Below are positions 19,453-27,917 of a stretch of DNA of 38,452 nucleotides, piece by piece. The stretch lies in the IMG/VR virus record IMGVR_UViG_2728369592_000010, positions 1 to 38,452 of that record. One strand, 5' to 3'. Every line of letters starts with the position of its first letter. Within the stretch, counting starts at the first letter, position 1. Below the pieces are notes generated by a model. It made no database searches and was not told where the DNA came from. It saw nothing but the letters and a program-made list of their open reading frames with translations. The position numbers and the translations under genes were made by a program. The DNA is from a virus. Taxonomy: Duplodnaviria; Heunggongvirae; Uroviricota; Caudoviricetes.

Positions 19453-20154
19453 TTATTTGCCATAGAGCACTTCGGCCGCACTACGCTGGCCTTCATTACC
19501 ACCGGTGACCATGCCATCTTCAGACATCGCCTTTCCGATTTTCACGAACGTTTTGACCAGATCAGGGTGATTACCCAGCCCGGTGGTGTTCAGATATTCT
19601 TTGAGTTCAGGTGTCCCGAACTGGTCAAGCGCACGCTGTGCGGCGCTAAGGTTAGAAATCAACTTGTCGCCACCGATTTCTTTGTCAGCTTTTACATCCG
19701 CAGCCCACTGCTCGGTTGTTTTCTGCCAGGCTTCTGCCTGGCGCTGCTGAACACCTGCCAGAATCTTCGGATAAGCATCAACCAGCTTTTGCGCTTGCTC
19801 GTTGGTCAGGTTAAGTTCTCGCGCCACCGGCTCGAATTCCTTCAACGCTTCTGTATCCAGCTCTACGCCTTCGGCAGCCTGAAACTCGTACTTCTCAGGC
19901 GCACCCTCTGGTTTATCGCCGTCCTTTTTTTCATCCTGCTTATCGTTTTCAGGCTTTTTGTCATCAGCAGGTTTATCGCCATCAGCAACAGGTTGTGGCT
20001 TATCACCTTCCTGTTGTGATGGATCACCAACTGGAGCAGGGTTATCACCTGCAGGCGCTGACGGTTCTGACGCAGCCGGAGCTGCTCCACCATCGACTGG
20101 TTGCTCATTGCAAAGACGGCGATACAGCAAACGCTCAAATAAATTCATGATCAC
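19453..20154 (-). CDS. Scaffolding protein
   Basis: 233 aa, acidic, low-complexity Pro/Asp/Lys-rich segment then coiled coil, located between portal and capsid genes. Confidence 0.7.
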   Translation of the reverse strand: MIMNLFERLLYRRLCNEQPVDGGAAPAASEPSAPAGDNPAPVGDPSQQEGDKPQPVADGDKPADDKKPENDKQDEKKDGDKPEGAPEKYEFQAAEGVELDTEALKEFEPVARELNLTNEQAQKLVDAYPKILAGVQQRQAEAWQKTTEQWAADVKADKEIGGDKLISNLSAAQRALDQFGTPELKEYLNTTGLGNHPDLVKTFVKIGKAMSEDGMVTGGNEGQRSAAEVLYGK

Positions 20155-20447
20155 TCCTGTTCACTGGCCTCTTTGGCCATCTTCAAATACTGTTCAGGGC
20201 AATGCGCCATAACGCGCTGAAACAGTTCCAGCGCCAGATTGCGTTGCCCCTCATTAAATGCCATTGCCATAGCATCCATCGGAGAGATAGCGGAAAACAC
20301 CCGGCCTTTCTCCAGCACAGACCAGACAACGCGACGCCCATGTTCACTGCTCATGACAAAGCGAATGTCATCAATTTCACGCTGTGCCATGTCACGTTGC
20401 TTACGGGCGTTTTCTTCTTTCAGTTGATCGTCTTCGTAATCTGTCAT
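20151..20447 (-). CDS. Small head-assembly protein, unknown function
   Basis: 98-aa ORF overlapping portal stop and scaffold start. Confidence 0.6.
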   Translation of the reverse strand: MTDYEDDQLKEENARKQRDMAQREIDDIRFVMSSEHGRRVVWSVLEKGRVFSAISPMDAMAMAFNEGQRNLALELFQRVMAHCPEQYLKMAKEASEQE

Positions 20448-22123
20448 TGTGATTGCCCACCCTGACCACTAACTACATTCGCCATAGCTGACAAAACACT
20501 CGGATCCGAAGTTTTAGCTTCGCTTAGCGTTTTGGCACCCTGTGCCGCCGCCATCCCCATCGCCATCATTTGTTGCTGCTGTTGCTGCTGTGCCCGTTGC
20601 TGGCGAGCCTGCTCAACCTGTTCCTGCGGAACAATGACGGTTGGAGACACTCCGGACATATCAGCGAATGCATCGATCGCCTGATCAACGTTGAGTTTGT
20701 CGAGAGCTTCTGGTTTCGCTTGCGCAAGTTGACCAATGAAGTTAACCGTGGACGCCAGACTGGACAGGCCGATAGACTTCTGCGCCTGAGCCATGACGGA
20801 AATGTATTCGACCTTCAGGGGCATACCTTCCATCGCGTCAGGCGGTGGCGGCAGCATGTTTTTACGCACCATCATCGAGAAAGCGCGGTCAATGAGAGGG
20901 TTAAGACATTCGTCGTTCAGACGCTCCAGAACCGGCCCCAACATCAGAAGCTTTTCTTCTTTCATTTCGATCACTGCTTCAACAGGCATCGAGCGGGTAT
21001 TGATGTTCTGCAACATCATGAACAGATCGACAAAGTAGGCGCTGTTAATGATTTGGCGGGTGTCCTGAATGTCTGCTACCAGATCTGCTGTACTGGGGTT
21101 AACCAGATAAGCAGGCCTGAAACCATCCTGACCAGTAATCTGATCGATATACGTGATGTCGCCAGGAAGAAGAGAGGCGCGCTGATTCTTGAGGGAAGTC
21201 GGAGCAACCATCGGCGGATTGGTGGCTTTATCAATCAACTGCGACTTGCGCTGCTGGAGAAGCTGCAATGCCTTAACAGGTCCAAGCGCCAGCATACCCG
21301 GGCATGATGATCCATAAACATCTTCGCCGTTAACTTCCCAGCGCGGAGCCATAATTGGAAACTCATCGAATCCGGACTCACGCAACAACTTGTCGTTATC
21401 GCCGCCAACCTCGTAATAAACCGATTTGAATGGCTTGTTCTTGCTATCCAGCTTCGATGTATCGCGGTCAATGTTCGGGTAAACCGAATGCATAACTTCA
21501 ATCCACTTCTCGTAGGTGCCGCTTTCCCACATGCTTTTTACGGATTCGCTGACGTTATTTAGCCCGAACTCCTGAACAAGCTGACGAACAGTCATAGAGA
21601 ACTTGCGAAAACAGGTGTCCACACTGCCACGAGGTGAGTTAGCCAGGTAGTAACTGCCTATCGGGAATGGCATTGTGCGAATGATGTCCTCGTCATCCTC
21701 CAGCACCGCCATTGCACCAGTGCTGTATGTACCGAGGCTTCCGTATAACTGCGGCAGCGACTGGTAGAGATTCGACTTATTGAACATATCGTTCATACGG
21801 TTCTGCACCGCCTCAAGCCACAACTTAACAGGTCCATAATCCATCATTTCAGGATCTGGCGTAGCCAGGCGAAACCACGGACGCGCTGGGCTTGTGATGC
21901 CTGACATCATGCCGCTGGCGAGAGTGCGCGCCGCCATAGTCCCGGTCGAATCAATAATGCGTGTATTGCGTCGATCGTTACGGTTGACCTCAGAAGTCAG
22001 AAAGCGGGAACCACGCGGGTTGATGTAATCACTCAACTCGCGCCAGTGCGGCTCGAACGACTGACGCTCGCTTTCAAGTTGTGCGAACTGTTTGTTCAAT
22101 CGCTCTTTAGTTGTTTCCGCCAT
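20444..22123 (-). CDS. Portal protein
   Basis: 559-aa ORF in portal position between terminase and scaffold/capsid genes. Confidence 0.85.
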   Translation of the reverse strand: MAETTKERLNKQFAQLESERQSFEPHWRELSDYINPRGSRFLTSEVNRNDRRNTRIIDSTGTMAARTLASGMMSGITSPARPWFRLATPDPEMMDYGPVKLWLEAVQNRMNDMFNKSNLYQSLPQLYGSLGTYSTGAMAVLEDDEDIIRTMPFPIGSYYLANSPRGSVDTCFRKFSMTVRQLVQEFGLNNVSESVKSMWESGTYEKWIEVMHSVYPNIDRDTSKLDSKNKPFKSVYYEVGGDNDKLLRESGFDEFPIMAPRWEVNGEDVYGSSCPGMLALGPVKALQLLQQRKSQLIDKATNPPMVAPTSLKNQRASLLPGDITYIDQITGQDGFRPAYLVNPSTADLVADIQDTRQIINSAYFVDLFMMLQNINTRSMPVEAVIEMKEEKLLMLGPVLERLNDECLNPLIDRAFSMMVRKNMLPPPPDAMEGMPLKVEYISVMAQAQKSIGLSSLASTVNFIGQLAQAKPEALDKLNVDQAIDAFADMSGVSPTVIVPQEQVEQARQQRAQQQQQQQMMAMGMAAAQGAKTLSEAKTSDPSVLSAMANVVSGQGGQSQ

Positions 22124-22137
22124 TTCAATGACTCCGG

Positions 22138-22344
22138 TTACTGACCAAGCAGCGTTTTACCGCTGGTATTAGCGGTTGATGTGTCGCCCTGAGAACCGGT
22201 AAGCAGCGTAGAACTACGACCAGCAGCAGCGCGACGGCGACGTGTTTCTTCGTCGCGGGCATCAACAACGGCGGCATCCTGCTCCTGTGGTGCTGCCTGA
22301 ACTTCTGGTGTTGCAGGCACTGATGGTGAGCTACCCATGCACAT
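22138..22344 (-). CDS. Possible small protein immediately upstream of portal
   Basis: 68-aa ORF with SD GGAG; low-complexity sequence, so weak. Confidence 0.3.
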   Translation of the reverse strand: MCMGSSPSVPATPEVQAAPQEQDAAVVDARDEETRRRRAAAGRSSTLLTGSQGDTSTANTSGKTLLGQ

Positions 22345-22412
22345 ATCAATGACTCCGTACGCAATTAAATTATTACCAATTTAACCACATATGATTTATT
22401 TATCGTAGACAG

Positions 22413-22450
22413 TTGACATTTAACGCACGAATTATTACCTTTCAGGTAAC
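22413..22450 (+). promoter_or_regulatory. Candidate promoter (-35 TTGACA at 22413-22418) overlapped by operator-like palindrome ATTACCTTTCAGGTAAC (22434-22450)
   Basis: Consensus -35 hexamer on the plus strand about 350 nt upstream of the tRNA; operator covers the expected -10/+1 region. Confidence 0.45.
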
Positions 22451-22771
22451 CAAAGAGTTCATTCCGGTTACTAACCTGACTGGCTTGTCGTTAAATTGAA
22501 CAGGTGGAGTGAGCTTTTATTTTGAGCAGTACGGCGTATGGCACATGCGCCGATAGCGGTCTGGATACGTTTAAGGGGCACCCTCCCTTGCTCGGGCAAA
22601 CGAACCAGGTAGCCGGAATGTGCAAGTCGAGCGGTTTTATTCCGCGCACGGGGATTCACCATCCCGGCGATTCGGTGTGACGCCTCGGAAGAGACGAGGG
22701 TACAACGATGAGAGCATTTATGGAGCCGCGACAAAGTGTGGCGCCTTAACAGGCTAAGTGCTCTCAGCGTT

Positions 22772-22848
22772 GTGGCATTAGCTCAGTTGGACAGAGCAAC
22801 CGCCTTCTAAGCGGTTGGTCGCAGGTTCGAATCCTGCATGCCACGCCA
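22772..22848 (+). tRNA. tRNA-Arg (anticodon UCU, reads AGA), phage-encoded, with encoded CCA
   Basis: Manually folded cloverleaf: acceptor GTGGCAT/ATGCCAC, D-stem GCTC/GAGC, anticodon stem ACCGC/GCGGT with loop CTTCTAA (TCT at 22806-22808), T-arm GCAGG-TTCGAAT-CCTGC, discriminator G, CCA; similar to but distinct from host argU as I recall it. Confidence 0.85.
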
Positions 22849-22893
22849 GAATCACACCTGAGGACCGTGATGCCAGAAGTTCCAGGGGCTTGG

Positions 22894-22935
22894 CGGTGAT
22901 GGTTTCCCTTGAAGGACTACCACCGCCCTTTTTAC
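22894..22935 (+). terminator. Hairpin GGCGGTG...CACCGCC followed by CTTTTT (first terminator after tRNA)
   Basis: 7-bp GC-rich stem with a long structured loop and a T-run. Confidence 0.45.
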
Positions 22936-23011
22936 AGCAGGACGCCATTGCGATGACTTCATGCTGTAAACCAGTACAGCCACGGAAGGCGGAACTCATT
23001 GCTTCCAGTTC

Positions 23012-23036
23012 GCCCGGTTCGTCCGGGCATTTTTTT
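23012..23036 (+). terminator. Rho-independent terminator GCCCGG-ttcgt-CCGGGC-TTTTTTT
   Basis: Textbook GC stem plus T7 run, ending 6 nt before the downstream ORF. Confidence 0.75.
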
Positions 23037-23041
23037 GCCTG

Positions 23042-23920
23042 ATGACCACAAATTACCTTAAAGGTATAATCATGAAAAACTTTAAGGTAATTAGTATGTT
23101 CGAATCGTTCAAAGAGCTGTTTTTATCTACTGCCAATACTGCCGTGCATCGAGCTAAAAACCCTGTGCTTGGTGCTTTTGTTATGTCCTGGTGCGCCTTC
23201 AACTGGAAATCACTTCTTTATCTATTTTTTAGCAAATCAAATATAATAGATAAAATTTCATACATCTCAGATAACAGCACATGGAAAACTGTTATGTTTT
23301 ATCCATGCTTATCTGTAATTACTATCTGCTGCCTATTACCATGGGTAAACAATATCATTAACGTATGGCAAGCAAAGCCTCTTGATAATAATGACTCAAT
23401 CGAAAATCACCGGAAGGCAAGAAAAATACAACGTGAAACACGGCTACAGAGATTGCTGGCTAAAAAAGACATTACTTACGAAAAAGTAAAAACAGGCGCT
23501 GAAAAAAACATTCAAGACATGAAAGAGGAAATAATTCTTTCAAAAGACAGAATGGGACAACTCACATCTGAATTGAAAGAGAGGGAGACAGAACTGCGCG
23601 CAGAACAAGCTCGTATTTTAGAATTATCTAAGGTTATTGATGAAACAACATCTAAACTAGAAAATCTAGAAAAAGCTCACAAAAATTTAAAAAACGAATA
23701 TGAGTCCTATAAGAAAAACATTCCTTTGGCAACAAATAATACAATTGCTAATGGGCTTGTAGGTCTAAAATCATTACAAGACCTTAATGAGTCCGTAAAG
23801 AAACTTGGCGTTACTGGAATTAACAATCCAGAAATCAATACATTATTGAATAATCCTCTAGTAAATATAAATGGTGGTTTAAATTCCACCTATCAAAGAA
23901 AATTAAAAACACAAAAGTAA
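23042..23920 (+). CDS. AT-rich moron: membrane-anchored coiled-coil protein of unknown function (candidate exclusion/abortive-infection effector); probable start at ATG 23096
   Basis: Clearly AT-rich relative to flanks (by eye about 35% vs about 50% GC); opposite strand to terminase and portal; own -10 TATAAT at 23065-23070 overlapped by near-operator TTACCTTAAAGGTAT (23053-23067); two N-terminal TM helices then about 120-aa coiled coil; uses AGA/AGG Arg codons. Confidence 0.75.
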   Translation: MTTNYLKGIIMKNFKVISMFESFKELFLSTANTAVHRAKNPVLGAFVMSWCAFNWKSLLYLFFSKSNIIDKISYISDNSTWKTVMFYPCLSVITICCLLPWVNNIINVWQAKPLDNNDSIENHRKARKIQRETRLQRLLAKKDITYEKVKTGAEKNIQDMKEEIILSKDRMGQLTSELKERETELRAEQARILELSKVIDETTSKLENLEKAHKNLKNEYESYKKNIPLATNNTIANGLVGLKSLQDLNESVKKLGVTGINNPEINTLLNNPLVNINGGLNSTYQRKLKTQK

Positions 23921-23923
23921 AAA

Positions 23924-25393
23924 TCATTCAAATGGGTCATAGTCTGTTATAGCCCTGCCCTGCTGCTGCCGTGGGTCATTAGTTTTCTTGGCTACCGGGA
24001 AAGCAAACGTCAGCAGTAGCGCATCGCCTTTACCCGGCGAACGCCCAAGCCGCTCTTTGATATCTTCCTTCGGTTCGATAACGATTTTACCGTCCACACG
24101 AACTTTGTACTCTGCCGCCGACAGGTCATCCGCTGTTTCCTGGTCATCCAGCATCCCGCCGAGCCTCAGCCATGTCTTGCATGAGTTGAACATCTCCCCG
24201 CGCTTATTGAGCATCTGCGGGTCAGTAGACGCGCCGCCGAACGGAACAAGTTGCCATGTACGACCCCAGCCGTCACCGATTGACTTCAGACCGGTACCGT
24301 AACCGAAGTCGATGAACACCGCGTCAGCCTGATACTGGTCTTCAAAGTCAGCGATACGCTTTGCCATAATCAGATCGTCAGTGGTCTTGTTGCCGGTCCA
24401 CAGCACCTTACTGTGCAGCCCCTGCCGCAGGTATATCACCGCGTCATCAACGCCTGAGTATGCCGGGTCAACGCCGATTATCACCGGAGCATGTGCAACC
24501 TGCGCAGCGGTGACCACCCGTTTCATTGCCTCGTCAGTAAGTCCGGTAGGGATAAACTGCAATTCAGATGCATCCGGGAATATGCCGCGCACACGGATTT
24601 TAACGAAGTCGCTGTCTTCCCCGTAGTCATCAACCCATTTCTGCAACTGCTGTTTGTTAGTGCCTTCCACCGTCCGGCTGTCAATCTGCGCAGTTTTCCA
24701 GCGGTGTTTATATTTGCGGAAACATTCGCGGAAACGCCCGGTGTTACGTGTAGGGTTTCCGAACGCCACCCAGATAATCTCAGTGTCTTCGTCCGTTAGC
24801 GCCCCCTCAGCAACTTCCCACACCAGATCCGCAATGTTCGACGCTTCATCGAATACCACGATGATGCGTTTGCGCTCGTTGTGTAGTCCGGCGAATGCCT
24901 CAGTGTTGTGCTCAGACCAGGGGATTGCGTCAGCTCGCCACCGCTTGTCGTGCCCAGGATCATTGCTGTACATCGCGGTAGCGGTACAGGTAAACCAGTC
25001 TTTCGTGATAGCAAGGTTCGACCACTTGATAATTTCCGGCCAGGTCTTCGTTCGTAGCTGGTTGTCGGTGTTGGCGGTCACCACGACCTTACAATCCTCG
25101 CAAGTGGACATGCCCCAGTTGATCAGCATTGAGATGAATGCGGATTTACCAATACCGTGACCAGAAGCGCGTGCCAGCATAAGCGGCTGATAGCGCGTCT
25201 CTGGATTCTGCAGGTGATCACGTATCTCTCGGAACGCATCAGCCTGCCACTGACGTGGGCCGGTAGCATGTGCCAGTTCAGTCCCCTCTTCCCCCCACGG
25301 GAACGCATAGAGGGCATAGCCAAGCGGATCGTGAGTGAACCCTGCAATATCCTCGATCAACTGCTCTTCAGGAGATAACGCTGTATCTGTCAC
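23924..25393 (-). CDS. Terminase large subunit
   Basis: 489 aa; N-terminal ATPase features and C-terminal nuclease region; ATGA overlap with small-subunit stop. Confidence 0.9.
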   Translation of the reverse strand: MTDTALSPEEQLIEDIAGFTHDPLGYALYAFPWGEEGTELAHATGPRQWQADAFREIRDHLQNPETRYQPLMLARASGHGIGKSAFISMLINWGMSTCEDCKVVVTANTDNQLRTKTWPEIIKWSNLAITKDWFTCTATAMYSNDPGHDKRWRADAIPWSEHNTEAFAGLHNERKRIIVVFDEASNIADLVWEVAEGALTDEDTEIIWVAFGNPTRNTGRFRECFRKYKHRWKTAQIDSRTVEGTNKQQLQKWVDDYGEDSDFVKIRVRGIFPDASELQFIPTGLTDEAMKRVVTAAQVAHAPVIIGVDPAYSGVDDAVIYLRQGLHSKVLWTGNKTTDDLIMAKRIADFEDQYQADAVFIDFGYGTGLKSIGDGWGRTWQLVPFGGASTDPQMLNKRGEMFNSCKTWLRLGGMLDDQETADDLSAAEYKVRVDGKIVIEPKEDIKERLGRSPGKGDALLLTFAFPVAKKTNDPRQQQGRAITDYDPFE

Positions 25394-25986
25394 TGATTAC
25401 CATCCTGACGTTCTTTGAGTCGCTTCCTGGCTGCTGCTATGCGATCAGCAATTGTCACATTCACATTAACATCCAGACGTTCTTTGAACGCGTTGACATC
25501 AACATGCTTACCAATCAGCTCAAGGTTCTTCACCTTGTCAGGCCATTTAATTTTTTTGAGGATTGTCTCTATCGAATCCTCGTTCATGTTCATGATGGTC
25601 GATGACAGATCAAAGCCACTAAGCGTAGTGCGCCAGATTTTCGGCCACTCACGGATTGGTTTAAGGCTCCCATCGTCGTTGAGGATGTCGATCACGTCCA
25701 TCTGGTCGATCTCCACCAGGCGCATGAGAACGTAATCAGCACTGACGCGCATTCGTTTGTTGCGCTCCTCCATCAACTCGGCAATCCGTTTTTGAATGCG
25801 TTCATCGCGCATCATGACACTGGCTTTAACTGCCGCTGTATTTGGGGAGAATCCTGCGTTAATCGCTGCCTGAGTCTGGTTTTCAGGCGTTTTGATGTAT
25901 GACTGGCAATAAGCCTCCTGCATTGCTGTTAGTGGCTTAAATTGCGTTGATTTGCGTTTATAGGTTTTAGGTTCAGCAGGCATCAT
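25390..25986 (-). CDS. Terminase small subunit (start set at MMPAEP; ORF-track start at 26064 adds a low-complexity extension without SD)
   Basis: Motif AAINAGFSPNTAAVKASVMMRDERIQKRIAE is typical of small terminase DNA-binding domains; GGTGG before the internal ATGs. Confidence 0.75.
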   Translation of the reverse strand: MMPAEPKTYKRKSTQFKPLTAMQEAYCQSYIKTPENQTQAAINAGFSPNTAAVKASVMMRDERIQKRIAELMEERNKRMRVSADYVLMRLVEIDQMDVIDILNDDGSLKPIREWPKIWRTTLSGFDLSSTIMNMNEDSIETILKKIKWPDKVKNLELIGKHVDVNAFKERLDVNVNVTIADRIAAARKRLKERQDGNQ

Positions 25987-25993
25987 AACCACC

Positions 25994-26025
25994 GTGGTAA
26001 TAGTTACCGTTGTGGTAATAGTACC
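25994..26025. repeat. Two direct copies of an everted GGTAA/TTACC element (GTGGTAATAGTTACC and GTGGTAATAGTACC) upstream of the terminase small subunit
   Basis: Read directly; half-sites are the same as the operator family but in everted arrangement with 3-bp spacer. Confidence 0.4.
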
Positions 26026-26096
26026 ATGCAAAATAAAGCCGCCATAGTTGGCGGCAGTATTCAAAACCCATCAAATTCATCATGCATAATCTACTC

Positions 26097-26108
26097 GTGA
26101 CATGTCAC
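26097..26108. repeat. 12-bp perfect palindrome GTGACATGTCAC (second copy at 5866-5877)
   Basis: Identical 12-mers at two loci, each overlapping the TGA stop of a small minus-strand gene at the same palindrome positions. Confidence 0.5.
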
Positions 26109-26443
26109 ACTATTAATTTCGTTTCATGCCAGCCTTTAGTCACCCAGCATTGCGAGTCACCATTACACGGGCATGAATTAACTGGAACTCTCTCGCCGCA
26201 CTTACCGCAACATTTTCTGCTGATCGATTTTATACGCCCGCGCACGCGTGCATCATCCTGGCGGATCAGTAACGCTATATACTCACCAAATTCGTAAGGC
26301 GCACGCCCGGGGCGACGCGTGGCACAGTTACGCTCCAGCATTTCAATTTCCTGAGCATCAAGCACAATTTCCAGCTTACGCACACCAGATGCAGCTTGTC
26401 TGGCTCTCTGAGCGGCTTTGCGCTCTGCTGCTGATTTAGCCAT
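26105..26443 (-). CDS. Small Cys-rich protein (putative zinc-ribbon regulator), last gene before the packaging operon
   Basis: 112 aa; basic N-terminal helix then C-terminal CCGKCG...CPCNGDSQC cysteine cluster. Confidence 0.6.
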   Translation of the reverse strand: MAKSAAERKAAQRARQAASGVRKLEIVLDAQEIEMLERNCATRRPGRAPYEFGEYIALLIRQDDARVRGRIKSISRKCCGKCGERVPVNSCPCNGDSQCWVTKGWHETKLIV

Positions 26444-26789
26444 TCTGATTTTCCTGCATCATGAGAAATACAATCATGGCGGCTCGGAGTGGATTATTCG
26501 CATGAAAGCAAATGTTCTCGGCATTAAAAACAGCTGACCACTCACCGCGAGATTGGTGGCAGGTTAGACTGATTTTATTATCAACAATAATAGGCCATGC
26601 ATCCGATGGATTATTGCAGTAGTCAGGTAAAGGGTTTAATGGCTCAAAAGTTGTATCAGTATTTCCGTAATACCATTTGTTGGTGTTATTCCCTGATGTT
26701 TCCGGTTTACACGCCCAAAGGCCTTTAAAAATTATGTCTCCTACCATTCTGTTAATTTCAAAATCACTTAACTGTGAATAGTCCATCAT
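26436..26789 (-). CDS. DUF2591/NinX-like phage protein
   Basis: C-terminal PLRAAMIVFLMMQE and CNNPSDAWPII motifs match my recollection of the DUF2591 family in lambdoid nin regions. Confidence 0.6.
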   Translation of the reverse strand: MMDYSQLSDFEINRMVGDIIFKGLWACKPETSGNNTNKWYYGNTDTTFEPLNPLPDYCNNPSDAWPIIVDNKISLTCHQSRGEWSAVFNAENICFHANNPLRAAMIVFLMMQENQNG

Positions 26790-27916
26790 TTTGCCTCCTG
26801 CGGCGGTTCTGGTAGCGGCATCCAGTGAGTTACATGTGCCCCGTAATGATTCCAGAACGACGCAACTGGCTCACTGTCTCCATCAGGGACAACCCAGTAA
26901 TCGTGATGAACTTTATTATTAAGCCCATCAAACACCAGATACTCTTTACAACTTCCGGGAATGTTCTCAGGCATTCGCTCACTACAGCTTATCCAACCAT
27001 CCGGAGTTACCGGATAGTTGCCAGCCAGTCTACGCAAAACAGTCTTAACCGCCTCAATACGGTCATCATCGCAACTTTCCAGCGTATCTATGCGATCGAG
27101 CATGATGATGGCGTTATCAATATCAGGATTGCCGGTCCACTCATTACCGCGATTGGATTCGGCAGCCTGGTTGCCGCGTACTGGTTGATTCTCGGCTTTA
27201 CCCTGTCTGTCGTCGCTGCATGAATGCCCTTCCAGCCAGACCAGTGCTTGTCGCATGAAATACGCAATATGCTTGCCGTGGTAATCGTCTTCATCGATGT
27301 GAAAAGCGATACTGCGGATATATTCAATTGCGTTTTCAATGGCCTCCGGCGTTATCGGAGTTGGTCCATCGAATTCGGGCATGTCAGGACCTTTTCTGAT
27401 AGCTTTAGCCAGCTCCAGCGGGTCATCGTAAAGCCAGTCGCCAGTTTGTGGGTGATTTGCTTCTGCAAGCTGCGCAGCCCATTCAAGACCATCTTTTTGA
27501 CCTTGGAGATAATCAAGCGGCAACTCTTCATGATTACTTGCAGGTTCGGCACTATGAAGCATGGCGGCGCGGCATGCGTTCCAGCCTCTCACCTCTGCAA
27601 TAGCGGCAACAGCATCAACCGCGTACATGCTAAGAGGATTAGGCATTGGTTTTTCTTCCGGTACTACTGGCACTGGAGGGGTGGCGTAGAGTGGAACTCC
27701 TCCCCCTCCACCAGAAAATTCATTGCGAGCGTTATACTCACGACCATCTGCGTCATCACGCATCCACGCCACCGGTTCTGCTTCCAGCGATGCCAGTGCA
27801 ATTCGTGCCAGTTCCCTAAGATTTTCGCTATATGGTGAAGTATTATCACGATTGATTATGTGATTAGCTGTATCTATGAGAACTTGCTTTTGTTCTTCTC
27901 TGGTCATAGTGGTCAT
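26786..27916 (-). CDS. DUF551 domain-containing phage protein
   Basis: C-terminal WMPLPEPP signature of DUF551; acidic N-terminal region. Confidence 0.7.
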   Translation of the reverse strand: MTTMTREEQKQVLIDTANHIINRDNTSPYSENLRELARIALASLEAEPVAWMRDDADGREYNARNEFSGGGGGVPLYATPPVPVVPEEKPMPNPLSMYAVDAVAAIAEVRGWNACRAAMLHSAEPASNHEELPLDYLQGQKDGLEWAAQLAEANHPQTGDWLYDDPLELAKAIRKGPDMPEFDGPTPITPEAIENAIEYIRSIAFHIDEDDYHGKHIAYFMRQALVWLEGHSCSDDRQGKAENQPVRGNQAAESNRGNEWTGNPDIDNAIIMLDRIDTLESCDDDRIEAVKTVLRRLAGNYPVTPDGWISCSERMPENIPGSCKEYLVFDGLNNKVHHDYWVVPDGDSEPVASFWNHYGAHVTHWMPLPEPPQEAK

Positions 27917-27917
27917 A

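Noticed and set aside
22621-22634. 16S-rRNA-like string gcaagtcgagcgg in the tRNA leader
   Set aside because: Only about 13 nt with no flanking rRNA similarity; treated as coincidence
22345-23041. Possibility of a retron, CRISPR array or second tRNA in the noncoding island
   Set aside because: No reverse transcriptase gene, no repeat-spacer periodicity and no second T-loop/cloverleaf; only one tRNA is supported
22815-23042. 75-aa plus-strand ORF overlapping the 3' end of the tRNA and both terminators
   Set aside because: Begins inside the tRNA gene, spans two terminator hairpins, low-complexity product; the RNA features explain the sequence better
26097-26108. GTGACATGTCAC as a CRP or FNR site
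   Set aside because: CRP needs TGTGA-N6-TCACA and FNR TTGAT-N4-ATCAA; spacing and half-sites do not fit, so kept as an unassigned palindrome
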